Origin: Yuukianura sp. NJ FZ-2021
Lineage: Eukaryota
Length of the DNA: 64,000 bases
Direction: 5' to 3'
Assembly (NCBI GenBank): GCA_046563655.1
Contig: CM102284.1
Location: 4,526,001-4,590,000 of the forward strand
A program made the translations under genes and the position numbers. Positions 1 to 13,700 of this stretch are shown in pieces (positions within the stretch are counted from its first letter, which is position 1; each line of letters opens with the position of its first letter). The notes below the pieces were generated by a model, which made no database searches, was not told the DNA's origin, and saw nothing but the letters and a program-made list of their open reading frames with translations.

Positions 1-3000
1 TTCCGGATGTTATGAGTGTTTCCATCAGATTCGACGAAAATTCACAAGCGTCTTGTTTTGAAAAAGACGTAAAAAGTGAAGCGCAGCGCAGCGGCGGTGA
101 GATCTGGGTCCTCCCCGGGTCCTATTTTGAAACTTGACATGAAGACATTAGCAAAGAATTCACACGTTGCATACCAGATGAATCCGAACGAGACGAAGGA
201 AACGTTGTCTAAAGTAAACTTTACTTTTTTTCTCGGTTTTTTCGGTTCGGAGGATGATGGGATGGTGGAGTAGGTTAAAATATTACTGTAAGCACTGAGC
301 AAAGCAAAGTTTTTTTCTTGAACTGAAAGGTTTCCGATGTCGTAGAACTTCAAACCTGTCTTTCCGAAGACGTAGAACTTGTCTAAACTTTGGCTAAAGA
401 CTTTAAAACTGTTTTGAACCCCATGAGCCCTGCGGTTTTTCGGATTTTGCAACTCTCTTTTTCTAGAATTTTGAAATTTGTGACCATTGTGAAATTTTGA
501 ATAGAGGGATGAAAGATGCTTGGAGGAGGAAGTTTTTTTTTAAAGGAGCAAGATTTTTTGGTGTGTGGGAAGATGATGGCTTTTAGTTGGTTGGCTTACA
601 CTTGCCTTATTACCCGCTACCCGCTCCGACAAATCTCGGCGGCAGTTAATTTTTAGTTCTCCTCCTGGAGTTCTATTCCCGTAAGACTCATAAGTCACAA
701 GGAGTCGCGGAGACATTTATTTTTTAACCCGAAACTATTTTCGGTGTATTTTGGAACATTCGCAGGCATAAACCTTCAACTTTCTCGAAAAACTCACCTC
801 TTCTGGGTCTGGCACAACGTGGAAGTTTATTTAATGAAAAAGATATAAAAAAGAGCAAACTCAGAAGAAGAGCATTTGGAAGATGCTCAGAAGATCGGAA
901 AGATAAAAGATTTTTTTTTGTGTTCGTATTTTCCGTTTAAATTTTTCAAAAAATGTTGTCCAATGTTGCAAAATTTTTTTGTTAGTTTGTTAATGCACTT
1001 CAGCAGGTTCTTGGTATCGGAAAACCTTTGTCAATTGGTGCAAAATTTGTATCTATTTCGACAATTTGGTTTGGTTCTTTACTTCTTCGGTTCGAAAATT
1101 CGAACTAAAATTTCAGAATTTGACAATTTAGAAATTTTTTCACAAACTTTATTTCGCAAAGATTTGCCAATTTGGTGCATTTTATTTTGAGGATTTGGGA
1201 ATCTGTGAGTAGGATTTTAGTTCGGTATGTTTTAGCAATTGTTAGTTTTGTACTTGAATTTTTGCAAATTGGAAAATGCTGATGTATGATGATGATGATG
1301 AAAATATTTGAACGGTTAGATTGGAAATGTTGGAGTGCATTGAAATTTTGTACTCTGGTTGGGGCTTTTGTTGCTCAATTGAGTGAATTGGACAGTTTTT
1401 GGTCTGTTTTGTTTGTTTTTGAATTTTTGCAAATTGTGAAGTTGGAGATCTTTATTTCAATATTTGGACTGGGCAGTTGTATGAGAAGAGAAGACCGTTA
1501 AGAACTGTAAATTGAATTGAAAATGTTAAATTGAAAGGAGGATCTTGTGGGTCTGTGTGAGTGTTGTCAAGTCCTTGTTCTTGAGGAGATCAAAGCGTCT
1601 TTGAACAGTTGAGACCCAGCAGATGATTAGATTCTGCCTATTTACAAATAGAAGATGTTACAGAGAAACGCTCTCCTTCAAACATTTTTCTTCATTGCAT
1701 GTGTAACTCTCATCACTTTAGAGTCTCATCCACTTCTGACTTCGGAGGAGACTAACTACTATTTTCAACTTTTTTTGGAGTCAAATGGAAAAAAGCTAAG
1801 CTAAGATTTAGGAGAATGACGTGAAAGTTATTAACAAGGGGCAATTTCTGACTTGGTCTACCAGGTTTCACCCACTTCGCAATTTAAATAAATTACACTT
1901 GAGGCAAAAGAGAAAAAAAAAGTATTTGGAACGTCAATAACAATTTAGTAAGCGGTGGTGGTAGAAAAAGTTGCATTTGAAGCGGATTTTTGTTACGGGG
2001 AAGAACTTTGAAAGTTTGAAGAGGTGAATCATACTGTACAAGTACAACACGGAGCAAAAGCTACTGTTTTTTGGTAGTTTGAAACTGGGTGGGATCTGTA
2101 GCTTTTGGCTTTTGGAAAATGAAGGAGGAAGTTTGTGCTAAAGTGCAGATGAAGCAGAAGAGGAAAACATTTCTCAAAATGTTGAATGTTCAAGAAGGAA
2201 AGTGACTTATTACGTGTTTTAAATAAGCAATCTTTTCCTATCTAAACACAAATTTGTACATTTCATTTTTCGAAGGTAATGGAGGAGCTAAAGGACAAAG
2301 ATTAGAAGTTTTCGTGCGTTGAAAAATGTTGAGGCGAAGTGAGGAATTTGGACATTTCGAGATGAAAAGTTATAATTTTGTTGAGATTTTTTCAATTTAG
2401 TTTTTTGGGTAGTGCAGTGTAATACTTGAAAAGTTGTAATTTTGCAAATTGTTTGTTTGCTGTCACTGTTCTTTATGACAGTAATAACCGATTGTTGATT
2501 GCAAATTGATGCTAACAGAGGAGATGAGAGAAGATTGAGTTTCAAAAAAGCAATTGTCGTGAGTATTGTTTAAGTTGTAAATTAGAAGGGAATGTTGTTT
2601 TTTGAGTTGTTTGGATTAGGAGTTAAACTGAATTTTAATTGACTTTAGGTTAGGTTTAAAAGCACTGTTAAGATGACCATCAAACATTTTCAAATGTTAA
2701 GTTGCATGAGGTTTGAAAGCTACTGATGACAAACTCGTTTGATTTAAGAACTGGAATCTAAATTTCAAAATGAAATTGTGAGATTGACGATTCTCATTTT
2801 TCACTTGAGCGTATTTTATTATGATTATTTTAAATAAATAATTTTTAATGTTTAATTAGGTGATTTTAGTTTTGATTGTGGAGGTTAATTAACAAATATA
2901 AGATGGAAAGTTGATTTTTGAAACAAGGTGGGAAGTTGCTTTTTGAAAAAAAGGAAGTTGAGTTTTTTCAAATGTGGATGTTTTAATTACAAGTTACAAG

Positions 3001-5861
3001 TGCAGGAAGCCTGGAGGAACAGTTGAATTAAAGAACAATGAAATCTTGTTGCATCATTTTGAATTTTTTTTTGATTTGTGAAATGTTTTCTGAAGAAGCT
3101 GACTTGCAGTTGGCAGGAGAGAGTATAAGTGATGGGGTTTTTGGTATTTTCAATTATTGATGGGTTCATTGTGGATGAGTTACCTGGTGAGATTGGTTTA
3201 GCATTTGGAAGATGTGGATGGAAAGTGGGCTTTAAGTGTCATATCCACGAAGGGATTAGAAGAAACCATTTAGATTCCTACTGATTTGACTGGTGGAATT
3301 GGAAGATTGACGGTTCATCTCCCGCTTTTTTTTAATACAATTGATCTCTACTAAACAAAACATAAGGGAAAGATCACTTTTTTTGTATGCAGGAGAACGT
3401 GATAGAGGTTATGCCTAGAGGATGAAATCACGAGGCCAGGGTAGAGCATGATGTTGAAATATTTTGATCATCAAAGAAAATTTTTGAAAGTTTTCAAAAT
3501 AGAAAAATAAAGTTCATGAGATTTTAAGATTTGGAGATTTTTTTTTTGCAGAAGTGAAAAAAATATTTGCGAAATTCGGATTACGAATGCGATGTTGAGA
3601 ATTCCAAATTTCAAAGTTCAGCTTCAGGTTTTGGGTTAGGTCAGACATGTTTGCGAAATTCTGCATTGGTGAAGTTTGCAAAATTCGGCACAGACGGTGT
3701 TTCAAAATTTTGAAAGGCGAAGTTTGCAAAAAGAAAAATTGCAATTTTTTTTTCTGCAAAGGTGAAGTTGGAAAAAAATGGGGCTTTTGTAATCTGAATC
3801 CTGCGATTTTTTTTGCTAATTGCACAAAAGTTTTTATCAGAGGTGTGGGATGGTATAAGGATTTTGTTGGATTTAGTTTTTTTTTTGTCTCTTTTATTGT
3901 GATTGTCGATTGGGAGGGCAGATAAAAAGTGAAAAACGAAAAAAACCTTTTGGTTTGTCTGAATAAATGTATAAATTGGTTTTCGGTGTCATTGTCAATT
4001 GTCATTTGGAGAAGAAGTTAGAGATAGCATGTAGGAAAAATTATTGGGTAACTTTCCTATCCCAAATTTCTATTTGAACATGTTCAGTTCAGCCTATCTC
4101 ATCTCACTCTCTCACTCTTTTTTTTTCTTTTAAAAAGTGATGAAGGTGTTTTGGGAATAATCTTGGCTTTGGAATTATTTATGTATGCTTTGCTACTTGC
4201 TCTTTTCTTGTGCTTTTAAAGTGTAGCAACAAGGAATAATAAGTGTGGATTTGCTACCTCACGACCACTGGAAACTATGCTGGTTGTTTCAGCGTTAAAG
4301 CACAAAAGTGCTTTGGAAAGGTGTTGGAGTAGAAGTCTCTTTAGAATTATGCCTGCATCTGCATCTACCAGCACTTTGAATAATGTCACTTTAACATTGG
4401 GCTTCCTTGCAACTTTGAAGCAGCAGAGGCTATAACTTAGGCTAAAAACATGGACAAGATGCGGGAACTAATGGTTTGGAGTGAACCTGTTTTGAGTGAG
4501 GGACAGGGAGCCTGTTAGCCACTTCCTTATCGGGACAAAACGTTAATCTTTTTGCTTGATCTTGTTCGGCTGATGCTAGACGCTCTACTAATAACGCCAA
4601 GATTAAATGCAGATCAAAAGATCATGCACAAATGGGAAGTGGACTTGGTTGTCTGAGTTCTGAGATGAGCAGATTGGACGTCGTAATTTAAAAGAGAAGT
4701 AGTCTAAAACTTTGAAATCTTTTAGAACAAAAACTTGTTGAACTCTGACTGGAGACAAGGACGACGCGAAAAACGATTTGAAAAATGAACGCGTTTGCGT
4801 GGATTTTTTATACGAGTGTCAAGACGCTGATTTTTGTGACATCTTGGAAACGACGATACGCGAGTAGCGAAAGATGAAGAAGTGTTGGACAACCTTGTTA
4901 AGTGCCTGTTGATGCGTTTTTTGCGACTTCTATTTAGAATTTGAGATGATGGAAGCCTTGAAGGGAATTGAAGGGCTCCTCAGGTTGCAACTTCTGAGTT
5001 TTTATTTTTGAACAAAGAGATGCAAAATGCATCATGATGAGAAGAAGCTGAGCTATGCATGATTTGTGCCTAGACGAGCAATGGACGTCAGTTGTTTTAA
5101 GTTTTTAGCTGGACTTGGAAGATGTTTGTGCCTTGAGGAGCCTTGGGATTTTACAAGGAGAGTTTTTGTGGGTTGAGCAGGGCTGACAGGTTCCCTTAAG
5201 AGCCCTTGGGCTTTTTCTTGTCAAATTAAAATGGAAAAGTATGTTTGAATTCGGACTGTTCTAAGTTTTGGCGTTTGTATTTGTGATTTAAAGGGCATCA
5301 AGATTGTTCTAAATGCAGAATGCAGTTTTAAATAGAGTTGGATGAAAAGGAAAAGATGGATATGGAAAAGTGAAAGTAAAAATTTCCGCGCGGACTTTCT
5401 TTATACTTAAAATTGCCCTTTTTACCAGTACCAAGGAACTGGAACTTTTGTCTTGATGGCATTTTATAATAAAAATTTTAGTTAGATGGGTTTAGACTAT
5501 GACAAGATGATGATCCAGTTAGTGTGCTTAGGTTTTCTAATTATAACTTGAGGAGAGATCATGTATAATTACGGAAGATGAAGAAGGAGATGCAGAAGTG
5601 GGTTGTTGTGGTTGCGGTTGTCAAGACTCTGACTCTTTTGTATTCATGACCTCACTTCTAATCCCCTACCCTTAAGAACTTCCGCCGACATGTCAATATG
5701 CTTGAATTAAAGTCTAATTGACCCCTCTTCAGAGACAATTTATTCCCAGGTCACACCTTGTTGTCCTTATGAATATGATCCTACTGAATTAATTCTACGT
5801 TTTATGTTAAGTTAATTTATACTTTGATTGTTGATTTTGCGTTCTTTTGTGTCTTTTGTAG

Positions 5862-5956
5862 CCAAGTCTCTGGAAGGGGTTCCGCATCCGTCGGCTATCA
5901 ACATGAACTACCTTCTACCCTACCCCTACCCAAACGGCTCACCGCTCGGATCAATG
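5862..5956 (+). CDS. pan: TCF/pan coding exon (first visible): xKSLEGVPHPSAINMNYLLPYPYPNGSPLGSM
   Basis: Pyrimidine tract + TAG acceptor (5860-61) and GTAAGT donor (5957). The NMxYL..PYxYPNGS motif resembles the Pangolin/TCF region after the beta-catenin-binding domain. It ends in phase 0, matching the next exon. Confidence 0.85.
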
Positions 5957-6001
5957 GTAAGTAAACCCGAATTTCGTTTTTTTCGGTAGTTTTAGTCGAC
6001 A

Positions 6002-6017
6002 GGGTCATTGACCTTGG
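6002..6017. promoter_or_regulatory. IR1 nuclear-receptor element (EcR/USP-type) GGGTCA-T-TGACCT overlapping an Ftz-F1-type TGACCTTGG
   Basis: Matches RGGTCAnTGACCY exactly; motif match only. Confidence 0.4.
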
Positions 6018-8098
6018 CTGTTTTGTATTGTTCAGGTCATTACAGTCATGTAGAAGTTAAAGTCCGCACACAAGTAAATCTCCCTTTGTGATATCCGACT
6101 TAAAAAAGACAGTTTCGTCAAGTACCAACCACTGCAATTTGTTCATATTCGACTTTTCTGATCTTTTTTGGTTAGTTCACGCTGAATCTTCTTTTGAATT
6201 GTAATTGTATGTCAAGGTCATAGTCTTGTTTGTTTGATCTTTGGATTTGAAAAGGTTTTCAGGTTTGTAAAAAATTTAAAGTGTGTTTTTTAATAATGAA
6301 ATAACAATGCATCCACACGTTTATTATTCGGAACGAGAATTTTTGTGATGAAAAATTGTTTGGTAATAGTGAGGGACTGTTGTGCCTGTTTTTGTAATTA
6401 TATAGGGCCTAGACTGTACACATTCCCTCGCCTGCATCATGTTATTTAGTGACTGGGTACTTTAAGGCCTCTGGTTTGAAGGAGGGAAGGTTAAGAGCAG
6501 TGCATTGTAAAGGGCTCTTTGAAGTGGTGGACCCTTCATCCTCGGCTAGACCATTTATTTACTCTAATGTAATTTCTATAACGAGGTTTTCTACTCTTCA
6601 TCTTTTTGAAAACGAGGTGGGAAGGGATGAAGGGCCTTGAAGTCCTGTCGGAATCCGTCGGAGGGGCCCTTGAGTTACTCCCTCTGCGCTTTCTTTATGG
6701 CGGAGGAAGGGGAACATGCCCAAATTACAGCCCGAGTCAACCGATTAACAGCCTCTGAGTGTGAACTTCAACAAGATCCTTATTCCTTGTAACTTTTGCC
6801 GAACTGCAGCCGAACTACTCAATGTTTCGGTTAGGTTAAAACCGAAAACTGCCACAAGTTGCATGGAAATCTGCAAGCAACTTAACAATTTACCGGGTTC
6901 GAAATGTTCGTCGTAGATTGGCACCAGTAACTGAAGATTCGATTCGGATGATTACGGAATTTTGGAAATATTTAGTTTGTGATGGCTGCGAAGCGTTCCA
7001 GATCTCTGTCGATTTAAATTTTGCTGCTCACTTTGTTCCGTTTTGTTTTTGGAATGAAGATGTTTTTGTTGAAAATCGATTGATGAGGCAGGTTCCTCTT
7101 GGAAGGAATTTCCTGTGGAATTTAGAAGAAGATGAAGATGGTGCAGTAAGATGGAAAGCAGGGCAAAGATGGTGCAGGGCGGAAGATTCCTTTTTCTTCT
7201 TCTGTTCTTCTGCCTTGAAGTTTCGTTTTGCTTATTGTGATTGTTCGTCCCTGGGCCTGGAGGCGAGTTATTTTATGTTGTGTACTTTGTGGATCGGGTA
7301 GAACTTGGCTGGGCATACCCTAACCATAGTCTATGCAGTACAGAATTTAGTTGTTGGGGTCCTTGGAAAGACTTGGAAAAAGTACGCGACCAGTTGTTGG
7401 AACCATTAGAAAACGAAGCCAGGATTTATTTATTTTTATTTCTAGGCTTTATAAACCGAAAGCAGACTTGGAAGAGGCAGGAGAGGGTAAAAGTTTCTTA
7501 TGAGATTCTTAAATGGTTGGCTGGAAACATAAATGGTTTTTCAATCGGTAGGGTTTTTGTTGTCAGGATTGATTGAATTTTTAAAACTGTTTTGAAATGG
7601 AGAGATAGTAATTCCAAATTGAATTTTTGGAAAGTCAACTGCTGTGTTTTCGGTTAGAGTAAAAGTTTGTTGGAAGGAACCTGTAAGTTATGGATTTTAA
7701 GATTGGTAATTTTAAGTTTTGGAGGGGTAACCATTCAAGGGTTACCATTGTAACGAGTTACCCCCTTCAGTGGTTATGGGAATTGGAACTGGAGATGAAG
7801 ATCTCAGTTTTCACGTGCTGCACAGATGAAGTACAAGGTTTTTGGAATGGAGGAAGGTCAAGGCGGGTGATGCAATTGTATTGTGTGCTATTGTTAGGCC
7901 GTGTTTTTCTGACTGCGGCAAATTCGTGTAACTATACTTCTGAGTTATAAAAAATAGCGAAATTAGCGTAAATTTTTGTACATCGGCGAAGATCTTATTG
8001 AAACTCCACAGTTTTGTAGGAATATGAGGAAGTAGGAGGTTTTCAAAATATCCAAAAATGACTAAACGTCGGAACTGGTGAAATCTGGAAAAACTATG

Positions 8099-8163
8099 AG
8101 TTTTTAGAGATTTGGAAACTATCAGTTTTTAGAGATTTGGAAATTTAAAAGTTTTTAGAGATT
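8099..8163. repeat. ~25-bp tandem repeat (AGTTTTTAGAGATTTGGAAA...), about 2.5 copies
   Basis: Units start at 8099, 8124 and 8150. Confidence 0.85.
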
Positions 8164-10210
8164 CGATTGTGGGGAGAAGAAATTTTTGTTGGAAATCGTT
8201 TTTGTGTTTTGAAACGAAAAGCAAATAACAAAGTACATATTTCACAAATGTGGTCATGTTCTCTTCTGTTTGACTTGTTGGGTCTTCTGTTACTTGAAAG
8301 TTTGTTGGGGGAGATACGTTATGTTGTGCAACTGAAAACTGTCGCCTACTTTTGACTTTTCACGCTTTAAAAGCCCTAGGACGAAACTGTTTGGCTTTTT
8401 GTGTGTGTGATACAAACTGCCTTGTAACCAATACTCTCAAGTTTACTTAGGGATTAACAACGATTGATCTGGACCTAAGCAATCAGTAGTATCAGTTGTC
8501 ACTAACACCTTGATTTGTCACAACTATCATTGCGGTTGCGCAGCTTCGTTTTGTTAGGTTAAGTTTACTTTAGGTTTTGGTTAGGTTAACTTTAGATTTA
8601 GAATTTATTATGTCAGAACAAGCGCGGGCGTCTGAACGGACAGAATTTATAGACAGCTACAGTTTCGAGTGACAAGTTTTACAAGGATGATGTTTTGAGA
8701 GGGAAGAAATTATGCGACTTTGTGTTGGAAATAATTAGAAAGTGGCAGGACGCCATTGGATTTGTGAGGTTCAAAATTTCAAAAAATTGGCACTGGTGTG
8801 TTTGGTTAAGTTTATGCAGCGTCGGTTTTTGGTATAATTTAGAGGAGAAGTTAGGAGAAGTGTAAAAAGTAGAGAGAAAAAAAATAATTGTGGTTTTATA
8901 TGAGGAAAAAAGTTTGCTGGAGACATGGAATCGTAATTTGGCTAAAAAGTTTTCCTCTGTTTTGGTCTTCAAGATGTCGAGGCAAAAAACACTTTGGGAA
9001 GAGTGACAGTCATGACTTTGGTGTAGGTGTGAAGTGATTTTGATTTGAGAGAGTAATAAACATATCAAAAGTGGAGTCGTCCAGGAGCATTGGCAATTAA
9101 ATTTCAAGTAATTGGTTTTATAGGAGACACAACGAGCGGGATGCTAGAAAAAGAATCTAAAGTTTGTGTGTCTAAAGTTTTTGTCTAAAGTTAAGAATCT
9201 GAAGTTTTTAATATTAAAAAAAATATAAAACTTGGTTTCGGAGTTTAGAGAAAAAAGATTTTTTGTGCCATGGGAAGTTTTTACGACCATTTTTACAAAT
9301 TTTTGCAGAATTTTGCCAAAATTTTTTGGGGGTTATATACTTTATATTAAATTCGACAAGGCAAAAACAATCGGAATTCTTTTCGGAAATTCGGAAATTA
9401 TTGAATTCGACAGTTTGAAGAAAAATGTTTTTTTTTGGTGGAAAAATTTTCATTAATTTGCACGGGCTGACGAAAAAAAATTTTTTTTGGTGGCTCGGAA
9501 ATTGTTCATTGAATTCAACACTTTAATAAAAAAAATATTTCGATGGGTGGAAAGTTTTTCAATGAATTAGACACTTTGACAAAAAATCTTCTTTTTGTCT
9601 CTCTCCGTGGATTATGTTGAAAAGTTAGCTTTAAATGTATTTTCAAAAATTGAAAATTGCAAACTTTTGAGTAGAATCATGAGTAGAGAGTGGAACAATG
9701 AGGTTGATAACGGCGTAAGGCCTTTTGTTTTGGTAAATGGAGACAGAGAACAAGTTATTTTGACTAGTGAGTTGCATGTTGCATGTTGCGAGTGTATCTC
9801 CAGAGTCAACTGAAGAAAAAAAGTGTCACTGGCGATAAAATGTTACTATTTGAGAGGTCCCTCTCCAGTGTAGCTCTTGGTTTTAGGAAAATGTTGAAAG
9901 TCAAAACGTCAAGCGTCGATAAGAAACACAGGAAGCCACACGCGCATTATCCGTTTCATACTTAACAACATGCTCCCCACAATGTTTCATTTAATAAGCG
10001 ATTTTAAAATCCTTTTGTTCTTTCGCGGACGCTTGTTTTTTTCTTAAGTTTAAACAAGTGCCATTCCAGGCATGAAATTCAATGACTCCTAAATTGCTTA
10101 TGGTTGCTCAGAAACTTAAAAAAAAAAAGTTGGTTTCCTGGCTGCGCTGCTAGTGAACGGTTTTTAGAGAAAGTGTTTCGAAATTTTTTTGGTCTTGACG
10201 CCGTTAGGTT

Positions 10211-10711
10211 TTTTTTTTTTTTTGATTTCATTTTTTTTTAATTCTTCTTGATTTTTTTTTTTTTTTTTAATTTTAATTATTTAATCTTTTATCAACAACT
10301 ATAATAATGCAGAACTGTATTATAAGTAATAAATTTCATCCAATTCTTTTCCGGGGGTAATAGTTCCGAGAATTGAGGCTGAATTCCCACGTTGGATAGC
10401 TATACTAATTCGTTGTAGAAGGAAGGCGGTTGACTTCGGTTCGCCAGTGTAATCAGTAATACGATGTCCAATGGATTTGATGAGTTTTAAACCTTCGACC
10501 CCGAATACTCCTGATGTTTCCACTGCGATGATGCCCACGATGAATTCATTTTCCAAGTCAGCGTAAAGGTTGTGCTTGTGACCTTCTGCCAGAGAAGCAG
10601 CATGTCCGAAATTCACAGAAGAGGCCTGAAGGTAGGATGAAGCATAGGTATCACGACAGGTGAAATCCCAAGCTAAAGAGCGTCCAGATTTCCAGGGGAT
10701 GAGGGTGACTC
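10211..10711 (-). mobile_element. 5'-truncated non-LTR retrotransposon, CRE-clade-like (C-terminal restriction-like endonuclease region), with poly(A) tail and ~12-bp TSD
   Basis: The minus-strand frame is open 10712-10320: GVTLIPWKSGRSLAWDFTCRDTYA...AAxxAE..K...AVETSGVFG...FLLQRISIAIQRGNSASILGT, the typical CRE-like C-terminus. T-tracts lie at 10209-10223 and 10252-10268. The direct repeat CGCCGTTAGGTT is at 10199-10210 and 10712-10723. Confidence 0.88.
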
Positions 10712-13700
10712 CGCCGTTAGGTTGTTTTTAGGGGAAATGGGTGATGCAAAATTTCTTTTTTCTAGTTTACCTGCAGTTTCTAACCCGAAGGTCTTTGCTT
10801 TTTTTGCAATTGAATTCTTCAATTTAGTTTAAATTCATGGTGAGAGAACGTAGGAATTTTGAAAAGTGCAGGGTAGTTTTTATATTTTTGAATGTTGTTT
10901 AGAACAGGTTGAAAAGGGGGATGTGTGTTGTAGCGGTTGACTGAAAGTGAGTTAATGATTTCCCTTGTGATCTGATGAGGGATGAATTATGACCTGGACT
11001 TTTGTAGTAGAAGGGGAGATTTATCGCTTTCACTCCGTGTTTTCCCTGCCCTTTGTTCCGGGCGCTGATTCATAAGACCCGCTTTTCAAAAAACTTAACT
11101 TAAACCTACCTCCTTTGTAGGAAATTTGCGTGACTTTCACTATCCAATTTGAAATCTATCACCCGAGTCCTCCCTAACTTGTTTCTTTTTTTTCCTTGTT
11201 ACTTTTTTGGAGGGAAGGGAATGAATCAAGAACTGGTACTCGTTGTGGTGGTGGTGGTATCAATATCACAATGAAGCGTGACATGACGGGGTCAAGTTAA
11301 CGAACGAAAGTTCACGCTTGCTTAAACCTCTACTCCAACTCTTGTTTTGGTTCAATACTGCGCTGGAGTATAAGATTTTTCTACTTTTGTGAGAAAATGC
11401 TTTATGATTTTAGTGAAAGTTAACACCTAGTAACTCACGATTAGCAGGAAGTGGTTTTGACTAGGGAATTTGGACCAGGTTTGTATTTTTTTAGACTTGG
11501 TAAAAACGGAAAGTAAAACTCGTGCCGTTTTGATTTTTTGAGATTTGAAAGCTCGTGGCCTTTTCAGTTTTTGAATAAACTGAGTTTAAAAATTTGTGAG
11601 AGCTTGAGTTAAAAAAAATCTTGGCAAGTTTAAGACGATCTCTGGAACAGAGATTTATTATTAGTGGTTGATTAAGTTCATTTGACTTGTTTCACTGGAT
11701 GAGCTGGAGGGAAGTTGCAGCATGCTATGAATGAGGAACTGATTTGGAGTGATTTGCTGACGACTTGTTTTGCACTTCTGGTTGCTGGGTTGTTAAGATT
11801 AGATAGGAAGTGCAGGGTGGGAGTTCTTGACAGGCAGAGATCATCCTTTGGTTGGAAATAGTGATGAGATGACAATAATCTTTATTGATGATGGAGATGA
11901 CTGCGCAGGGTGATGGATGGCTCGAGAGATCTGTCAAGCTTGTTTTGGAAACTGGCTCATTCGGAAACTCATGCCACCAACCATACTATGACACTTGAGA
12001 TCTCTTCATCTCTGCGGTCGACATAAGGTCTAGTGTTAGACCGACGAAGCTCTAGCTAGACATAGCTAGACGAGCTGGATGTGTTGGACCTACCTGTTCA
12101 CAAACAAGCTTGCTTGACCTTGCTAGCTGGTTGGCGAACGACGTCGGTCCAACATACGCGGTTTTCTTGATGGAGGGAGTAACTAGGTTAAGTTGGAGGG
12201 TTGAAAGGATGGTTTGAATGAGTGGTCTGATGGAATTAGCAGCTGAACTCAATTGGCGTTGGTCTTCTGCCATTGTTGTGGAGTGTAAATAGACAACTTA
12301 GGCAGGGCTTTTGTTCTCATCCTTTGTAAACTGAAGCCACATGGACGCGTCTTTTCCGTCACTAGTGATCTCCCTCTTCCCATGCCAAAGATCATCTCTC
12401 GCTCCCACTTCTGAGAGCAAGTTGAATTCATCTTGATGGTTTCATTGGTTAGCCTGAGTAAATAGACAAGGTTCTACACCCAAAAGCAACTGCTCAACAC
12501 CAACCAAATGGTGGAACAATGAGGCTCTCAAAGTGCGGAGGGCGAGCACCATATGAGATCATCTTTTGAAACTGATATTGTCAAAACTACTGTTTAACTA
12601 CCCAACTCACACCCTCATGATATGCAGACAGTCGACATGGTTTTTGAATCTGTTTTTTTGTGTGTGTCTTGTTTCATTTTTTGGAAGATTTCCTAGCCGC
12701 TGATTTTGAAGCATGTTATATTTTTGAAGTTAGACTCAGGCTTAGACGCTTGAGCGAAGTGGTTTCTAATTTGAAGCGATTTGGATTCGGGTTTTGGAAG
12801 ATGGAAGCGTCTATTTACTGAGATCTTGTGGTTGTCAGTCATTGTGATTTTGAAGGCGTCTGTAGGTCCAGAGAAGACGTGGATGTCTGGTTAGCAGTAA
12901 GGAGAGGCAAGCCCGAATTCCTTCGTGTAGAGCGTGAGTACTTGAAGTACCTGAAGAACCTAACAAGACTCTCATCTCGGAATTATGATGAGGGAGGGGA
13001 GCCTTGGAGCTACTGACAGGGCAACGGAGTTTGGCTGGAGGGTACTTGAAGGTTTTTAGGCTTGGTCGTATGAGGGGAGAACCTAACCTAACCGGAGCCC
13101 TTTGTTCACCTGTCGCCTACAACAGGCTCAACTGGGCTTTGGTCTAGATTCCGTCTTTGGAGATGCTAAGGGTCCCGGTCCTTGGAAGGCCTGCAACAGA
13201 TGAATGGAATTCTGGAATGAATCATGTTGCTTGTGTTTTTTTGTTTGTTATTTGACGCGGGAGGAAAATTTAAGACTTCTGGGAAAATGTTCCAGAAATC
13301 TTTTAGAAAGTGCGGATGCTCCGTTCAAAATTTTTCGCAAAATGGAGAAAAGTGCTAGATGTATTGGAAGTTTCCATGTCTTGATGGTATTCATGATTTC
13401 TGTGTATGGTTGGCGACATAACTGTAACTGTGGCGACATTTAGCTTGATTTGGGGTAATTTGAGAAAGGGGGCTGCTGTGCTAGGGAAGTTTTGTATTAT
13501 TTTCAAAGGGAAGCGTCTGAGAAGATGATGGACAGGACACAGAAGTCAATCAGTTTAAGTCCCAGGGCTTGTGAGTCGCTAAAGGGGCGCTTAAGTTGCG
13601 CTTTGTGCTGGATTTTCATGCGAAGGCGTCTGGAAAAATAAACATTTGGGCGATACGATGCACGACGCACGAGACATGATGTATAAACGATTAGTTGACT

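Noticed and set aside
42-5861. Search for the beta-catenin-binding exon (DExxxF..EG motif) and a promoter
   Set aside because: Not found. The ORFs at 42-452, 876-1190 and 3514-4005 look compositional, so the region is treated as upstream intron.
6918-7576. ORFs of 127 and 111 aa
   Set aside because: Phe/Trp/Val-rich translation typical of T/G-skewed intron DNA, with no recognisable homology.
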